A stretch of 64,000 nucleotides of DNA from Methanothrix sp. GTDB taxonomy: Archaea; Halobacteriota; Methanosarcinia; Methanotrichales; Methanotrichaceae. The stretch is taken from the NCBI GenBank assembly GCA_963682135.1, contig OY821645.1:2848001-2912000 (forward strand), read 5' to 3'. Of the stretch, positions 63,906-64,000 are shown one piece after another. Positions within the stretch are counted from its first letter, which is position 1. Each line of letters starts with the position of its first letter. Below the pieces are notes generated by a model that was not told the DNA's origin, did no database searches, and saw only the letters and a list, made by a program, of their open reading frames with translations. The translations under genes and the position numbers were made by a program.

Positions 63906-64000
63906 TTTTTGCTCTCCAGAAATGAAACTGCTTGCTCCCAGTGGGAGAGGGTGATTTGCGGCTTGAGCATTTGCAGGGTATGATCCTCTTTGATCCTGGC
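63902..64000 (-). CDS. C-terminal end of an upstream gene (truncated by window edge)
   Basis: Open frame [32 protein letters not shown] with ATGA overlap onto the ABC gene. Confidence 0.55.
   Translation of the reverse strand, partial: ARIKEDHTLQMLKPQITLSHWEQAVSFLESKK

Overview
64 kb of an archaeal chromosome, almost certainly Methanothrix (Methanosaeta): the 16S gene contains the Methanosaetaceae MX825 probe target GCTAGGTGTCGGCCACGGTGCGA at ~31738. From left to right: (1) a surface-glycan locus with a C-methyltransferase, CDP-glucose pathway and Wzm/Wzt, a defective IS1-family element and decayed rmlA/rmlB; (2) a giant secreted TPR protein built from near-identical 204-bp repeats; (3) housekeeping and small secreted-protein genes (FKBP, pyrB/pyrI, MFS, Thg1, PP2C-type sensor); (4) a complete 16S-tRNAAla-23S-5S operon with a tRNA-like element in front of 5S; (5) moxR/DUF58/larA, a hybrid histidine kinase, radB/citG/marker-9 and tRNA-Gly; (6) an accessory island at ~52.8-61.8 kb. 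Two signals stand out. The first is an unannotated, promoter-preceded, highly structured ~312-nt candidate ncRNA at 39586-39897 that I cannot assign to a known family. The second is an integrase-free cassette array behind an Fe-S protein gene. Here the gene's 3' ~435 bp recurs as two full pseudo-copies with the same breakpoint plus one partial copy, separating cargo of toxin-antitoxin pairs and paralogous HEAT-repeat proteins with variable N-termini and conserved C-termini. All calls come from motif recognition by eye; no database searches were run.
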